Origin: Candidatus Latescibacterota bacterium
Lineage (GTDB): Bacteria; Latescibacterota; UBA2968; GCA-2709665
Length of the DNA stretch: 64,000 nt
NCBI GenBank assembly: GCA_965248435.1
Contig: OZ252100.1
Span: 5,248,001-5,312,000, forward strand
Reading direction: 5' to 3'
Made by a program: the position numbers and the translations under genes. Below are positions 26,823 to 37,047 of this stretch, piece after piece. Position 1 is the stretch's first letter; the number at the start of each line of letters is the position of its first letter. A model generated the notes under the pieces. The model worked only from the letters and a program-made list of their open reading frames with translations, was not told the DNA's origin and did no database searches.

Positions 26823-27518
26823 TCAGGTCTCAGACTTTGTTCGTCCTTTAGATGGATCGAAGCGGTAGCCCACGCCTCTGACCGTTGTTATGGATCGCCC
26901 AACGTCGTGCAGTTTGGATCTGAGGCGGCGGACGTGGACATCGACCGTACGCATACCTCCGTAGTAGTCATAACCCCAGATGCTGTCCAGCAGGTCGGAC
27001 CGGGTGAAGACGCGACCGCGATGCGTCACGAGGTGCTTGAGGAGTTCATATTCCTTGAGCGTCAGGTTGATCACCGTACCCCTCACTCGAACCTCGTAGC
27101 GTTGGAGATTTATCGTCAGCTCATCTGCCTTGAGCGTCTGTTTGTCGTCAGGCCTGTCCTCGTTCCACAGGGCTAGACGAAGGCGAGCTTCAACCTCCCG
27201 AAGGCTGTAAGGACTTATGATAAAATCGTCTATCCCGAGTGAGAAATCGAGATTGTTCGCCGTCACTTCGTCCGAGATCACGATAAGTGGCTTGTTCCGA
27301 ACCTGTTCAGTCCCTTTCACACGTCGGATGTCTTTCGAAAGGCGGTCCAGGTTCGGTTCCATGAGGACCAGATCGATTGGGCACTCACCGTCTAGATCGG
27401 TGAGTGCCTCAGCGTCGCCTTCCAGATGCACGTGTATGACGGCGTAGCCGACGTATTCCAGATCGGATTTCAAACGGGCGCCGCGGTTTTCGGACGCAAT
27501 TAGAAGAACGCTGTTCAT
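26823..27518 (-). CDS. OmpR/GlnR-like response regulator with an atypical receiver
   Basis: LTLKEYELL, WGYDYYGGMRTVDVHVRRLRSKL and TVRGVGY; the receiver lacks the DD/D/K consensus. Confidence 0.88.
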   Translation of the reverse strand: MNSVLLIASENRGARLKSDLEYVGYAVIHVHLEGDAEALTDLDGECPIDLVLMEPNLDRLSKDIRRVKGTEQVRNKPLIVISDEVTANNLDFSLGIDDFIISPYSLREVEARLRLALWNEDRPDDKQTLKADELTINLQRYEVRVRGTVINLTLKEYELLKHLVTHRGRVFTRSDLLDSIWGYDYYGGMRTVDVHVRRLRSKLHDVGRSITTVRGVGYRFDPSKGRTKSET

Positions 27519-27635
27519 GTGGACTACTTTTAAGGGAAGAACACTTCAAGGCGGGATGCCATAATACGATGCCGATCGATCGATTGTCAAGGTGTATCTA
27601 GCCTAACGGCAACTCGCCATACAGGAAATTTTTCA

Positions 27636-27664
27636 GGGGCGTCCAAAACGGACGCCCCTTTTTT
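27636..27664. terminator. Inverted repeat / possible terminator
   Basis: aggggcgtcc-aaaac-ggacgcccct followed by a T-run on the + strand. Confidence 0.55.
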
Positions 27665-27689
27665 GTGGCGGAATCACCTTAAGCCTGCC

Positions 27690-28385
27690 TCAATGGCCCT
27701 GAATCCTGAGCCTGTCAGCCTCCGTTGTGTAGGGATCGTGTTTCTCAAGGAATTCAGAAAAGGTTTCTTCCACGGATGCTGACGTAGTGTCAAGAATGAA
27801 TTTGTTTTGTATCAGTGACCATTCATACTCTTCCTGAAAACGCAGCAAGACGTGTTCGATGTCTTCTTTTCGAACCACACCCCGCGTGGGCTCTCCATGC
27901 TTTGTCTCTGGATGCGCTTCCATCCTTTTTTGGATGATCTCCGGCGAAGCTTTCATGAGCACAAGTACCATACTGGGGGCATACTCGAGGATCTTTTTCT
28001 CCATGGATCGAGCCACTACTGTTCGGCTTCCCTCAGGGGCTCGCCTTGGCGCACCGCTATTTTTGCCGCCATATCCGTAGTAGAGAGGTGCATAGACGGC
28101 CTCCTCGATCGCGTGGCCCATCAGATTGGCGTCGGGGGATCGAGATACGTCCAACATACCGGGCGAAATGTGATATTCGAGTATATAACGCTGAAACATC
28201 TCCTTGAGCTGCGGTGGTGCGTTCTTGAGTGCCTCGCCTGCCTCAGATTCAAGCTCTGAAGAAGGGATCGTAAAATGATCGTGAAAATGCCGGATACCGC
28301 CCATCGCCTTCTCGCCCCACTTCAGGATTTCTCTCGCGAGGGTGGTCTTTCCTGCGTATTCGCACCCAACCAAGTATACGTTCAT
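27690..28385 (-). CDS. P-loop NMP-kinase-like hypothetical protein
   Basis: N-terminal VYLVGCEYAGKTT Walker A; LVLMKASPEIIQKR. Confidence 0.7.
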   Translation of the reverse strand: MNVYLVGCEYAGKTTLAREILKWGEKAMGGIRHFHDHFTIPSSELESEAGEALKNAPPQLKEMFQRYILEYHISPGMLDVSRSPDANLMGHAIEEAVYAPLYYGYGGKNSGAPRRAPEGSRTVVARSMEKKILEYAPSMVLVLMKASPEIIQKRMEAHPETKHGEPTRGVVRKEDIEHVLLRFQEEYEWSLIQNKFILDTTSASVEETFSEFLEKHDPYTTEADRLRIQGH

Positions 28386-28416
28386 TCCAGCCCCCCCTAA
28401 GGTTGTTACTCCCTCT

Positions 28417-28977
28417 TCACAAGCCTAATTCATCCGAAATGCTCCGCATGGCATCGGCCACAAATACAATGTGATCCTCCAAAGATATATCCATATCCGC
28501 CGCCCCGCTTTCGATGTCCTCTCGGTTCACGTTCCTGGCAAATCCCTTTTGTTTCATCTTTTTTCGAACAGAAGAAACCTTCAGGTCTGCAAGTTTTCTA
28601 GTGGGCTGCATCAGGGTGACCGCAACAATAAACCCTGTGAGTTCGTCTACGGCAAACAGCGCCTTGTCCAGGTCGCTGGTTCGGGGAATACCCAGATATG
28701 TGGCGTGAGCCTTGATGGCGTGGATCATCTCATCAGGGAATTTCTCTTCCTGCAGGATACCGACGCCGAACATGGGGTGTTCTTCAGGGGTCGGGTGCTT
28801 TTCGTAGTCCAAATCGTGCAGAAGTCCGGTCAGGCCCCAGAGGTCCTCATTTTCACCCAACTTGCGTGCCCAGGCCCGCATGGCCGCCTCGACGGCCAGC
28901 ATGTGTTTGATCAGGTTCTCATTTTCCGTATGTGCACGGAGAAGCACCAGGGCCCCATCACGCGTGGGTAATGGCAT
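28417..28977 (-). CDS. HDIG/HD-domain hydrolase
   Basis: KHMLAVEA, GLLHDLDYE and AVDELTGF motifs. Confidence 0.88.
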   Translation of the reverse strand: MPLPTRDGALVLLRAHTENENLIKHMLAVEAAMRAWARKLGENEDLWGLTGLLHDLDYEKHPTPEEHPMFGVGILQEEKFPDEMIHAIKAHATYLGIPRTSDLDKALFAVDELTGFIVAVTLMQPTRKLADLKVSSVRKKMKQKGFARNVNREDIESGAADMDISLEDHIVFVADAMRSISDELGL

Positions 28978-28985
28978 GTCGACTC

Positions 28986-29597
28986 CTAGTTCAGATGGCC
29001 GTTTCCGCTGCTCAGCTTTTTGGTGCTTCGAATCTCGTCAGACACCTTTTGGAGGATTTCCCTAACGATTTCCAGTCTCCGGTTGACCGAACGTGTTTCC
29101 AGAAGCGCCTGCTTCTCACTCAAAGGCAAGTCGAGACCTGCAGCAACGACGAAAGGCAGGTCGACGAGGTCGACCTCCTCTTTTTCAGGCTGCAACCAAC
29201 CGTACGACAGTCTCAAGGTCTCCGAGTAAAGATCCTGCACACTGGATCCAAGGTCGCCGTCCGGTTTTCCGGGGTCATCCCGGACCTCCTCTACCAGGCC
29301 CGATATGTAAGGATGCACGTCAAACCTTTCGATCACCTTGAAGCGTCGTGTACCTTCAATCAGAATGTTCATTCGACCGTCCGAGAATCGATCGATTAAA
29401 TTGGCAACACGTACCGCACAGCCGACTTCACGGAATGAATCATCATTACCCCAGACGATTCCGAATTCCAACTTTTCGTCTAGGCACTTGTCCGTCATGA
29501 GTTTGTAACGTTCTTCAAATATGTGAAGGGGGACCTTCACTGCGGGAAGGAGAACGAGGTCGAGGGGAAAGAGGGGAAGCTCCCAGGACTCATTCAT
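28986..29597 (-). CDS. Lon substrate-binding (LON_N) domain protein
   Basis: LPLFPL, PLHIFEERY and EKQALLE motifs. Confidence 0.9.
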   Translation of the reverse strand: MNESWELPLFPLDLVLLPAVKVPLHIFEERYKLMTDKCLDEKLEFGIVWGNDDSFREVGCAVRVANLIDRFSDGRMNILIEGTRRFKVIERFDVHPYISGLVEEVRDDPGKPDGDLGSSVQDLYSETLRLSYGWLQPEKEEVDLVDLPFVVAAGLDLPLSEKQALLETRSVNRRLEIVREILQKVSDEIRSTKKLSSGNGHLN

Positions 29598-31914
29598 CCG
29601 GACTGTTTATCTCTGCCGGCGGAACGTCGAACGCGATGCTTCCGAAGCGCAGGGGATTCCGTGGATTTCCGTAAGTAACCGACCAGGACCACCTCTTTTG
29701 TCGGGTGCCGCCTTCTATTACAGCGAGGTTAAATCGGACTGGAGGCAACACATCTTGGTCGTCAAGACCAATCGCTTCGAGAGGGATTTCGCCTTCCATG
29801 GACCACTTCCCCGGCTCAAGAATAGCAGCAGCGCGTAGATCCGGGTTCGTGATTTTGCCATCGCGGGCAACATCGGCTGGTGTGACTGAAAAGAAGCGGA
29901 GAGGTTTTTCCCCTTCCTCGGGAGATAGTGCGAATTCCATTCGGTCCTCTGGCTGATTCTGTAGGAGGGTATCCAACTCACAGGTAACGGACAAGTAGAA
30001 CCGCCTTGAATCGTAGCCAATCCAGGCCCGGATTCGGCGGTCCGGTGGGGCACCCTCCGAATCCTCTGCAAATTGAATGAGTGCCGACGCGGGGTCCCAT
30101 TCGTAGGCGTCCGGAAGACCGTCCAGCGTGGGGGGAACGGGCATCCACGAACAGATCGCCTCTTTTCTCCCGATGTAGGGCACCCCCATCTTCTCCAGTG
30201 CGAGGAAGACTGCTCGCCTGAGAGGCCCGGGGGATTCTCTCTCGAACAGCTTTTCCAGTTCAGGTATCGTCCGGCGATCCCCAATCCAACCCACGGGTTC
30301 CAGAGCTCTCTGGTTTCCCCGACGCGCAGTGTCGATGAGGCGCTTGATGACCTTGAAATTTCTTGCGCCCATCTCCACCAATTTGTCGACCGATGCGGCA
30401 GCTTTCCCAGAGTGATCCGACTCGAGGGACAAGATCAGGTAACGAACCAGGTCGGGGTCGTAAGGCACTGGATCCAGGGATCGAATAAGGTATTGTTCGA
30501 CGGGAGGCGAGAAACGGCCCAGCAAGTCTTTTACGAGATCGTTGTCAACTCCATCAGAGTACTGAAAGAGCATTCTTGCTGCATACTCACGCACGCGCAG
30601 GCTGTCATTTTGAACGAGGTTGAGCAGCAGGCCCGAAAGCTCGATGGGCGCTCTAGAAACCAGAGCATATGTCGCTCCGAGGCGAACTTCAGGGTCTGGA
30701 TGCTGGGCAAGTTCCCATACAAAGGAATCGGGAAGAAGATCGCTTCTGTCCTGCAATACTCGGACGGTTGGAAATTGCATTCGGTTGTCGCTCAGGAGCT
30801 CACTCACAACCCGAGCTTTGGCACGGGGGCGCAGATGGTCGGCTACTTCCAGGAGTGCCCCTTCGACTTCCGAATAGACTGTCCCCCAGGCCTGAAAATC
30901 CTGCTCTACCCAGGGAAATTCCGCCTCTGCTTCATCGGGCTCGGAAATGAGAAAGATGGGATTTCCCATCGTTCGGTAGCCAGCAGCGGCACTCTCGACG
31001 ATCGGTCTCACGTAGGTCTTACCGACGAGCGACAAGAAGAATCGTTCTTCCCACACGGCCGTATCTGGATTCGCCGTCCATACGACTTCTCCATCTGCGA
31101 CAAGAAGGACTCTACTGATCGGATCACGACTGTGTGCCCGAAACCGTACATAGGCCTCGCGGGCAAGCGGCACGGTGCTTCCAAGGGATCTTCCGTTTAT
31201 TCGCAGATCGATGCGGATGCCGTCTGCTTGGGCCACGAACGCCGCACCTCCCTTGATGGCTGATACAATCTTGTCGGGCAGGTTGCTTTCAGCGTGGACG
31301 TAGGTCTTCTGCAAAGATCCGGGCTGGGATGTTTCCTCGTCATTCCCACCAACCAGGACGATCCGATGGCCCGTCGTGAGCAGGCTGTCCCAACCTGCTC
31401 CCGGTTCGCATTGTTGATTCCACTCCCCGTCTCGGATACCTTGGAATGTATTCCCAATCTGGCTGGGGTGAACATCCAGCTCAGCCGGCAGATCAGGAGA
31501 AGTGTGGAGAACGACCCCGTTTTGGGATTCGACCCAGGTGATGACTTGGGACAGGCTGTCTCTTGGCACGGGTGCTCGCGGGTCGATTCCGAATAGAATC
31601 AAAGCAGCGCCGGGCGCACCCGAGGGGCTCCAAGCAGCGGCGATGATCGGATTGATGCGCGGCATGTTGAGATCGTATTCCTGGATCGTCTCCTGAAGTC
31701 CAATGAATATGCCTTCTTCGGGGTGTCCTGATAACACAATCCAGTCCAGGCCGGAGTCCATGCCCTGCTGGACTCTATCCTGGATAATCGTCGCGGTGTT
31801 GCGAGATGAAAAGAGAGTGATATCCCCAGAGTACCAGGCGGGGGCAGCCCGGACCAGGACAGCAGATGCATGGAGGCTGATTAGCGTTCCCAGGAAGATA
31901 AAGCCGCGTCCCAC
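29590..31914 (-). CDS. Secreted multidomain protein: degenerate PHP/CehA-like + HEAT repeats + CBM9-like
   Basis: Signal peptide; WYSGD, GLDWIVLSGH, WDSLLTTG, TMGNPIF; HEAT-like helices; PPTLDG...W...YDSRRFYL...WSMEGEIP. Confidence 0.6.
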   Translation of the reverse strand: MGRGFIFLGTLISLHASAVLVRAAPAWYSGDITLFSSRNTATIIQDRVQQGMDSGLDWIVLSGHPEEGIFIGLQETIQEYDLNMPRINPIIAAAWSPSGAPGAALILFGIDPRAPVPRDSLSQVITWVESQNGVVLHTSPDLPAELDVHPSQIGNTFQGIRDGEWNQQCEPGAGWDSLLTTGHRIVLVGGNDEETSQPGSLQKTYVHAESNLPDKIVSAIKGGAAFVAQADGIRIDLRINGRSLGSTVPLAREAYVRFRAHSRDPISRVLLVADGEVVWTANPDTAVWEERFFLSLVGKTYVRPIVESAAAGYRTMGNPIFLISEPDEAEAEFPWVEQDFQAWGTVYSEVEGALLEVADHLRPRAKARVVSELLSDNRMQFPTVRVLQDRSDLLPDSFVWELAQHPDPEVRLGATYALVSRAPIELSGLLLNLVQNDSLRVREYAARMLFQYSDGVDNDLVKDLLGRFSPPVEQYLIRSLDPVPYDPDLVRYLILSLESDHSGKAAASVDKLVEMGARNFKVIKRLIDTARRGNQRALEPVGWIGDRRTIPELEKLFERESPGPLRRAVFLALEKMGVPYIGRKEAICSWMPVPPTLDGLPDAYEWDPASALIQFAEDSEGAPPDRRIRAWIGYDSRRFYLSVTCELDTLLQNQPEDRMEFALSPEEGEKPLRFFSVTPADVARDGKITNPDLRAAAILEPGKWSMEGEIPLEAIGLDDQDVLPPVRFNLAVIEGGTRQKRWSWSVTYGNPRNPLRFGSIAFDVPPAEINSPDE

Positions 31915-31922
31915 GGTCGCCT

Positions 31923-33929
31923 CTAAATACCTTTGCTTAGGGATTGAGGAAGTTTGGCCTGAGCACTTTCAGCCAGGCCCATCTGCAGGAAGCGGAGGAA
32001 AAGCGCTTTGTCTCGGGTGAGACCCGGGAAACGGGCGATCTCCCGATCAGTTGGGGAAAGGACCGCATAGAATGGAAGGGCCACGGTTCCAAACCGCACT
32101 TCTTGAAAATCTCGATTCCGAGCGTAGACGTCCCCGACACCGTCTGTGTAGAGTTGGACGAGTACAAACCGTCCGAGCATTGAGCGGACATCGGGCTCCG
32201 AGAAGATGTTCGCTTCCATCCAGCGGCAGTTTGTACAAGCGTAACCTGTAAAATCGATGAAGATAGGTCTGCCATCCCTCCGGGCCGTGGCGAGGGCCTC
32301 TTCGTAGTTGTCCTCCCAGGATAGGTCTTCACCCCCTCGCATGTTTGAAATCGAGCCCTGACTTCCATACGGGGGAAGGAAGGCATCAAATTCACCCAGG
32401 GGCGAGCCCTGGAGGCCCGATAGGAGGTAAAGGCTGAAGGCCAAGCACCCTAAACTCGTGATGAGGCGCACCGGACCCACTGACTCCAAAGGCGAATCGT
32501 GAGGAAGCCGGACTTTGCCTAAGAGGTAGATCGCACAGATCGCGAAGATCGCGATCCACGTGGCGAGGAAGACTTCTCGAGACAAGACGCCCCATTTCCA
32601 CACCAGATCGACGTTACTCAGAAACTTCATGGCGGCGGCCAGTTCAAGGAACCCCATGACGACCTTGACCGAATTGAGCCAGCCCCCACTCTTGGGCAAA
32701 GACGCGAGACCTTGTGGGAAGAGTGACAAGAAGAAGAAAGGGAGGGCAAAGGCTGCCGAAAAAGCCAGCATCCCCAGTAGCGGCCACGTCCAGCTTCCCT
32801 GAGAAGTGAGTACCAGAAGGGTACCTACGAATGGAGCTGTGCACGTAAAGGAGGTCAACGTAAATGCGAAGCCCATCGCAAGGATGGTCCAGTAGCCACC
32901 TCCGCCGACGCTTCCAAACCTATTCACCAGACCCGTGGGCAGGCGTATCTCGAAGAGTCCAAACAGATTGAGCGCGAAAGCCACAAAGAGGCCGGCAATG
33001 AGCAAGTTGACAAAAGGGTTTGCCGCAAATCTGTTCGCTCCCGATGCCCCCAGGGTTGCGGCGAGAAGGAGTCCCAGGCCTGTGAACGTAAACACGATTC
33101 CCAGGCAGTAGACGAGCGACTTTAATACGGATTCGGCTCGATCCGTGTTTGCCTGTTTTGTAAAGAAGGAAACGGTGATCGGGATCATGGGAAATACGCA
33201 CGGGGTCAGCAGGGCGATGAGCCCCATGGAGAAGGCGAGAGACAGAAATGGCAAAAGTCCGCGTGAAACAGCCCGCTCTACGTCTAGAATGCTTCCCACT
33301 CCATCCAGTTGCTCTACTCCCGGTGCTGCAGGAGCGATAGTTGTGACGTAGATTTCACGGGGGGGTCCGGCGACGATGTGGAGGGGGACCTTGAATGGAA
33401 GGGTCGTAGGCGGAAGGCAGGTGCTTGGGTCGCAAAGCATGTAGGTGATGCTTCCTTTCAGGGCAGCCTCACCCTGGGGAACGCCTGGCACGACCTCGGC
33501 TCTCAGCCCGAATTTTACGGATTCGCCAAAGTACTCCACATTCATCTCGAAGTTGGGGTCGTAATCTCGAACCGGTTTTGGTTGAATGACCGGTCCGATC
33601 TGTCGAAAACGGTCACCGCTTTCGATTCGGATCTCCGTTGGGAGGGGTCCACCGGGAGGTGTTGTTGTGGAATAGATATGCCAATTCGGAAGCAATTCGA
33701 CGTCGACCCAGAGCGTGGCGGTCTCTCCGGGGCGCAAGACGGCGGGATCAACTTGGAAGGAGAATAATGCGGGAGTGTCTGACCGGGCGGGTGCCTGCGA
33801 CGCAGCGACCAGGGAGGCTAGAAGGACGAAGGCCCATCTGGACCTGAAGTTCCGAGACAGGAAAGCCGTAAATGAGCGAATTCCCGGCAGAACCGCAACG
33901 CGCTCGGGTTGGTTTATACGCGTATGCAT
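31923..33929 (-). CDS. dsbD: Thiol:disulfide interchange protein DsbD-like
   Basis: N-terminal CDPSTC, LTPCVFPMIP, SFTCTAP, LPKSGGWL and thioredoxin DFTGYACTNCR. Confidence 0.9.
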   Translation of the reverse strand: MHTRINQPERVAVLPGIRSFTAFLSRNFRSRWAFVLLASLVAASQAPARSDTPALFSFQVDPAVLRPGETATLWVDVELLPNWHIYSTTTPPGGPLPTEIRIESGDRFRQIGPVIQPKPVRDYDPNFEMNVEYFGESVKFGLRAEVVPGVPQGEAALKGSITYMLCDPSTCLPPTTLPFKVPLHIVAGPPREIYVTTIAPAAPGVEQLDGVGSILDVERAVSRGLLPFLSLAFSMGLIALLTPCVFPMIPITVSFFTKQANTDRAESVLKSLVYCLGIVFTFTGLGLLLAATLGASGANRFAANPFVNLLIAGLFVAFALNLFGLFEIRLPTGLVNRFGSVGGGGYWTILAMGFAFTLTSFTCTAPFVGTLLVLTSQGSWTWPLLGMLAFSAAFALPFFFLSLFPQGLASLPKSGGWLNSVKVVMGFLELAAAMKFLSNVDLVWKWGVLSREVFLATWIAIFAICAIYLLGKVRLPHDSPLESVGPVRLITSLGCLAFSLYLLSGLQGSPLGEFDAFLPPYGSQGSISNMRGGEDLSWEDNYEEALATARRDGRPIFIDFTGYACTNCRWMEANIFSEPDVRSMLGRFVLVQLYTDGVGDVYARNRDFQEVRFGTVALPFYAVLSPTDREIARFPGLTRDKALFLRFLQMGLAESAQAKLPQSLSKGI

Positions 33930-34010
33930 AATGCGATCGCCAAATGGAAGAGGCTTCCGAAAGGCCGTGATTTTGGTACCCTTTTACGTCCCGGCTTTGG
34001 AAAGGTTGCT

Positions 34011-34922
34011 TCAAGAATCATCCGGAGCGAGGTCTCGGGGTTGCCTTTCGTTCGTCAGGACCTCGAGCAGTTTCTGTGTCGCGACCGAAAGGCTGCGTCC
34101 CCTCCTATACAGGATTCCCAATGGGCGCGTAAAGGGTTCGCCCACGAAAGGCAAAGCTATCAGCGTTTTTCTCATTTTCTCCTGTTCTACAGCGGGCTCG
34201 GGAACGATAGAGACGCCGAGATCGACTTCAACGGCGTTCTTGAGTGTGGCAATATGGTCTAACTCCATAACCACGTCGGGCTTTAGGCTGTGCTTCCTGA
34301 AAAATCGGTCGATCGCCCGTCGGGTAGGCGTTTCGGGCGTGAAGAGGATGAACGGTATTCCTTCAAGCTCCTTCGGTGAAACAGATTGCTGCTTTGCGAG
34401 CGGGTTTGAGGGATGGCAAATCAAGACCACTTGATCTTCAGTAAATGAAACGACGTCGACGTTGCGTTGAGGGCGTGGGTAGGCCACGATTCCGAGATCG
34501 ATTTCGCTGCTTGCGACATCTTCGTAGATCTTCTGGGCCTGGCCGTATTGGAGCCTTAAATCGACCTTAGGATACGATTTCAGGAAAGATTTCAGGTAGG
34601 GGGCAAGCTCCAGCATTCCCACACTGTATATGGAGGAGAGTCGAACTGTCCCTGAAACGACTCCACCAAGCGCCTGAATTCGATGCTGCATCTCTTCATA
34701 GCGTCTGACGATTTCCCTGGCATACCGATAGAAAACTTCGCCCTCGGCTGTGAGCGTCAGTCGACGCTTTTCTCGTTCCAGAAGCGGCCTGCCCTGTCTC
34801 TTTTCAATGCTTTTCAACTGCTGGCTAACCGCGGACTGTGTCACTGAATTGAGTACCGCTGTCTTGGAGAAACTTTGCGTTTCCACAAGATCACAGAAAA
34901 CCTTCAGACTTTCAATCAGCAC
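34011..34922 (-). CDS. LysR-family regulator
   Basis: SFSKTA...VTQSAVSQQLK HTH plus a substrate-binding domain. Confidence 0.92.
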   Translation of the reverse strand: MLIESLKVFCDLVETQSFSKTAVLNSVTQSAVSQQLKSIEKRQGRPLLEREKRRLTLTAEGEVFYRYAREIVRRYEEMQHRIQALGGVVSGTVRLSSIYSVGMLELAPYLKSFLKSYPKVDLRLQYGQAQKIYEDVASSEIDLGIVAYPRPQRNVDVVSFTEDQVVLICHPSNPLAKQQSVSPKELEGIPFILFTPETPTRRAIDRFFRKHSLKPDVVMELDHIATLKNAVEVDLGVSIVPEPAVEQEKMRKTLIALPFVGEPFTRPLGILYRRGRSLSVATQKLLEVLTNERQPRDLAPDDS

Positions 34923-34966
34923 CGTATTCGCCTCCAGATGAAGCGCTCGAAGGGTTGTGAAAAGGC

Positions 34967-35740
34967 TTATGGATGTCTGTGATTGCCCCTGATTCGAGCA
35001 AGGTCGAATGAGTTACGCAGGATGCTTTCCATCAATTTGGTCCGCGTGTCCGGATCGCTTGCCCATCTTACAGGTACTTCACAAACCTGGTAGTTCAACA
35101 AGCTTGCAAGGTGAAGAATTTCAACATCGAACGTAAATCGGTCAACGACGAGTCTTGAAAATATGTCCCGGGCGGCGTGTCTCTGGAACAGCTTGAACCC
35201 ACATTGTGTGTCCTTGAATCGACGCAAGGCTGGGAACATCGATTGAACCTCGAGATTGAACAGGCGAGAACCGATTTGTCTGGAGCGCTTCGGGAGATTT
35301 TGGATAACGGATTCCTTGAGCGTTCTGGATCCGATAACGATATCACATCCCAGCATCAACTTCTCCAAAGATTCTGTTAAGCAGGAGATATCCGTCTTGT
35401 AGTCTGCATCCATAAATCCCACATACCGTCCCCGCGTACGTCGAATTCCGGATTTAACGGCGTAGCCTTTGCCGCGATTTTGCTCATTTCGGACGGCGAC
35501 AAGCTGTGGGTAATCGTGGCTTGTCCTTCGAATGATGTCTTCCGTGCCATCTGTGCTTCCATCGTCGACAACAATCAACTCCCAGCCAAAATTGTTCCTC
35601 TCTAGGAAGCGCACGCTGTTCTGCAGGGTTGATTCGATCTTTTTCGACTCATTGAAGGCAGGCAATACGAGCGACAAAAGGGGTTCGGGACCCTTGCGGG
35701 TCCCTTCTGCTGGTTCTAGGAAAAAGCCCTTATCTTGCAC
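34967..35740 (-). CDS. GT2 polyprenyl-phosphate glycosyltransferase
   Basis: LSLVLPAFNE, VDDGSTD, NRGKG, MDAD and DTQCGFKLF motifs. Confidence 0.9.
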   Translation of the reverse strand: MQDKGFFLEPAEGTRKGPEPLLSLVLPAFNESKKIESTLQNSVRFLERNNFGWELIVVDDGSTDGTEDIIRRTSHDYPQLVAVRNEQNRGKGYAVKSGIRRTRGRYVGFMDADYKTDISCLTESLEKLMLGCDIVIGSRTLKESVIQNLPKRSRQIGSRLFNLEVQSMFPALRRFKDTQCGFKLFQRHAARDIFSRLVVDRFTFDVEILHLASLLNYQVCEVPVRWASDPDTRTKLMESILRNSFDLARIRGNHRHP

Positions 35741-36096
35741 CGGCCCACCCTATACAGTATTAATCTCCTTGGCTGATTAAGGAAATAATTCTTATAGAAA
35801 AGTATAAGATACGTAAAACAACACTAAAATAATCTATAAGAACCACGAAACTATGTCAATAGGAAAAGGACGGTCGGGAGGTGCAGGCCGGATCTCAAAA
35901 TGACCGGAATGTCCTTGTGCCCAGGTTGGGTTCGTTCTATATTATTCAGCCCATTTCATAAGATTTGGGCCTTAATCAATCCAATAAGTTTCACAACTTT
36001 AATGAACTTAGGAGAATCCTTGTCAAGGAAAGCTGATTTCGGAGTTTTTGTTCACGTTGATCACGATGACGCTCCAAAAAGGCAGGGGGCCAGCGA

Positions 36097-36972
36097 GTGA
36101 ATTGGTTCGAAAGGCTTAAATCCGGTATCAGGACGATCGTCAGGAAGGGGATGCCGGAGAATCTGTGGATCAAGTGCGAGCGGTGCCATCAGACTGTCTA
36201 CAGGAAGCAGATCGACCAGAACTATGGGACCTGTCCGAACTGTGGAGCACACTTCCGCATCGGTTATCGGGACTTTCTTGGCCACGTCGTAGACGAGGGA
36301 ACGTTTCAAGAAATCGCCTCGGAGGTCAAGTCTGCAGATCCACTAGAGTTCAAAGACAAATATCGGTATGCCGACCGCATCAAGGAGGACTGCAAGAAGA
36401 CCGGTCTCGAGGCCGCCGTCTGTACCGGCATAGCTAAAATCTCCGGGCGACCGGTGGGGATCGGAATTCACGAGTTCAGTTTTAGGGGCGGGTCTCTTGG
36501 CTCTGCGGAGGGAGAGCGAATCTGTCGCTTGGTTGACAGGTGCATCGCAGACAGCCTGCCCCTGATCCTGGTTTGTCGTTCGGGGGGAGCCAGAATGCAG
36601 GAAAGCATTCTCTCTCTTATGCAGCTGGCCAAGATCAACGCGAAACTCGCTCAGTTTGCCGAGAACGGCCTTCCCTTCATTTCGTTGTTGACAGATCCGA
36701 CGACGGCAGGTGTTTCGGCGAGCTATGCGTTAATCGGCGATATCAACATTGCAGAGCCGAATGCCCTCATCGGGTTCACGGGCGAGCGAATTACCGAGCG
36801 ATCCGTGGGGGAGGAGGAAATGGACGCGCTGAGAAGGGCGCAGCGGGCCGAGCAAGTGCTTGCCAACGGGTTTGTGGACATGATCGTTTCGAGAGGTGAA
36901 ATCAGGCAGACACTCTCCAATCTCCTCGGCTTACTCGCCGGGGAAAGGTCCTCCGCTCAGGTTGCAGTATAA
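36097..36972 (+). CDS. accD: Acetyl-CoA carboxylase carboxyltransferase beta
   Basis: LWIKCERC...CPNC Zn finger, GGSLGS, SGGARMQE, DPTTAGVSAS and AEPNALIGF. Confidence 0.93.
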   Translation: MNWFERLKSGIRTIVRKGMPENLWIKCERCHQTVYRKQIDQNYGTCPNCGAHFRIGYRDFLGHVVDEGTFQEIASEVKSADPLEFKDKYRYADRIKEDCKKTGLEAAVCTGIAKISGRPVGIGIHEFSFRGGSLGSAEGERICRLVDRCIADSLPLILVCRSGGARMQESILSLMQLAKINAKLAQFAENGLPFISLLTDPTTAGVSASYALIGDINIAEPNALIGFTGERITERSVGEEEMDALRRAQRAEQVLANGFVDMIVSRGEIRQTLSNLLGLLAGERSSAQVAV

Positions 36973-37047
36973 GCAGCAATGAAATACTCCAGGTGAAGCT
37001 GAGAGGGTTCCAGGCCGGGATTCCGTATTGGGAAAAGGAAGAGTCTA

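Noticed and set aside
30073-31263. 396-aa plus-strand ORF
   Set aside because: Antisense shadow of the 29590-31914 gene, with no recognisable motifs
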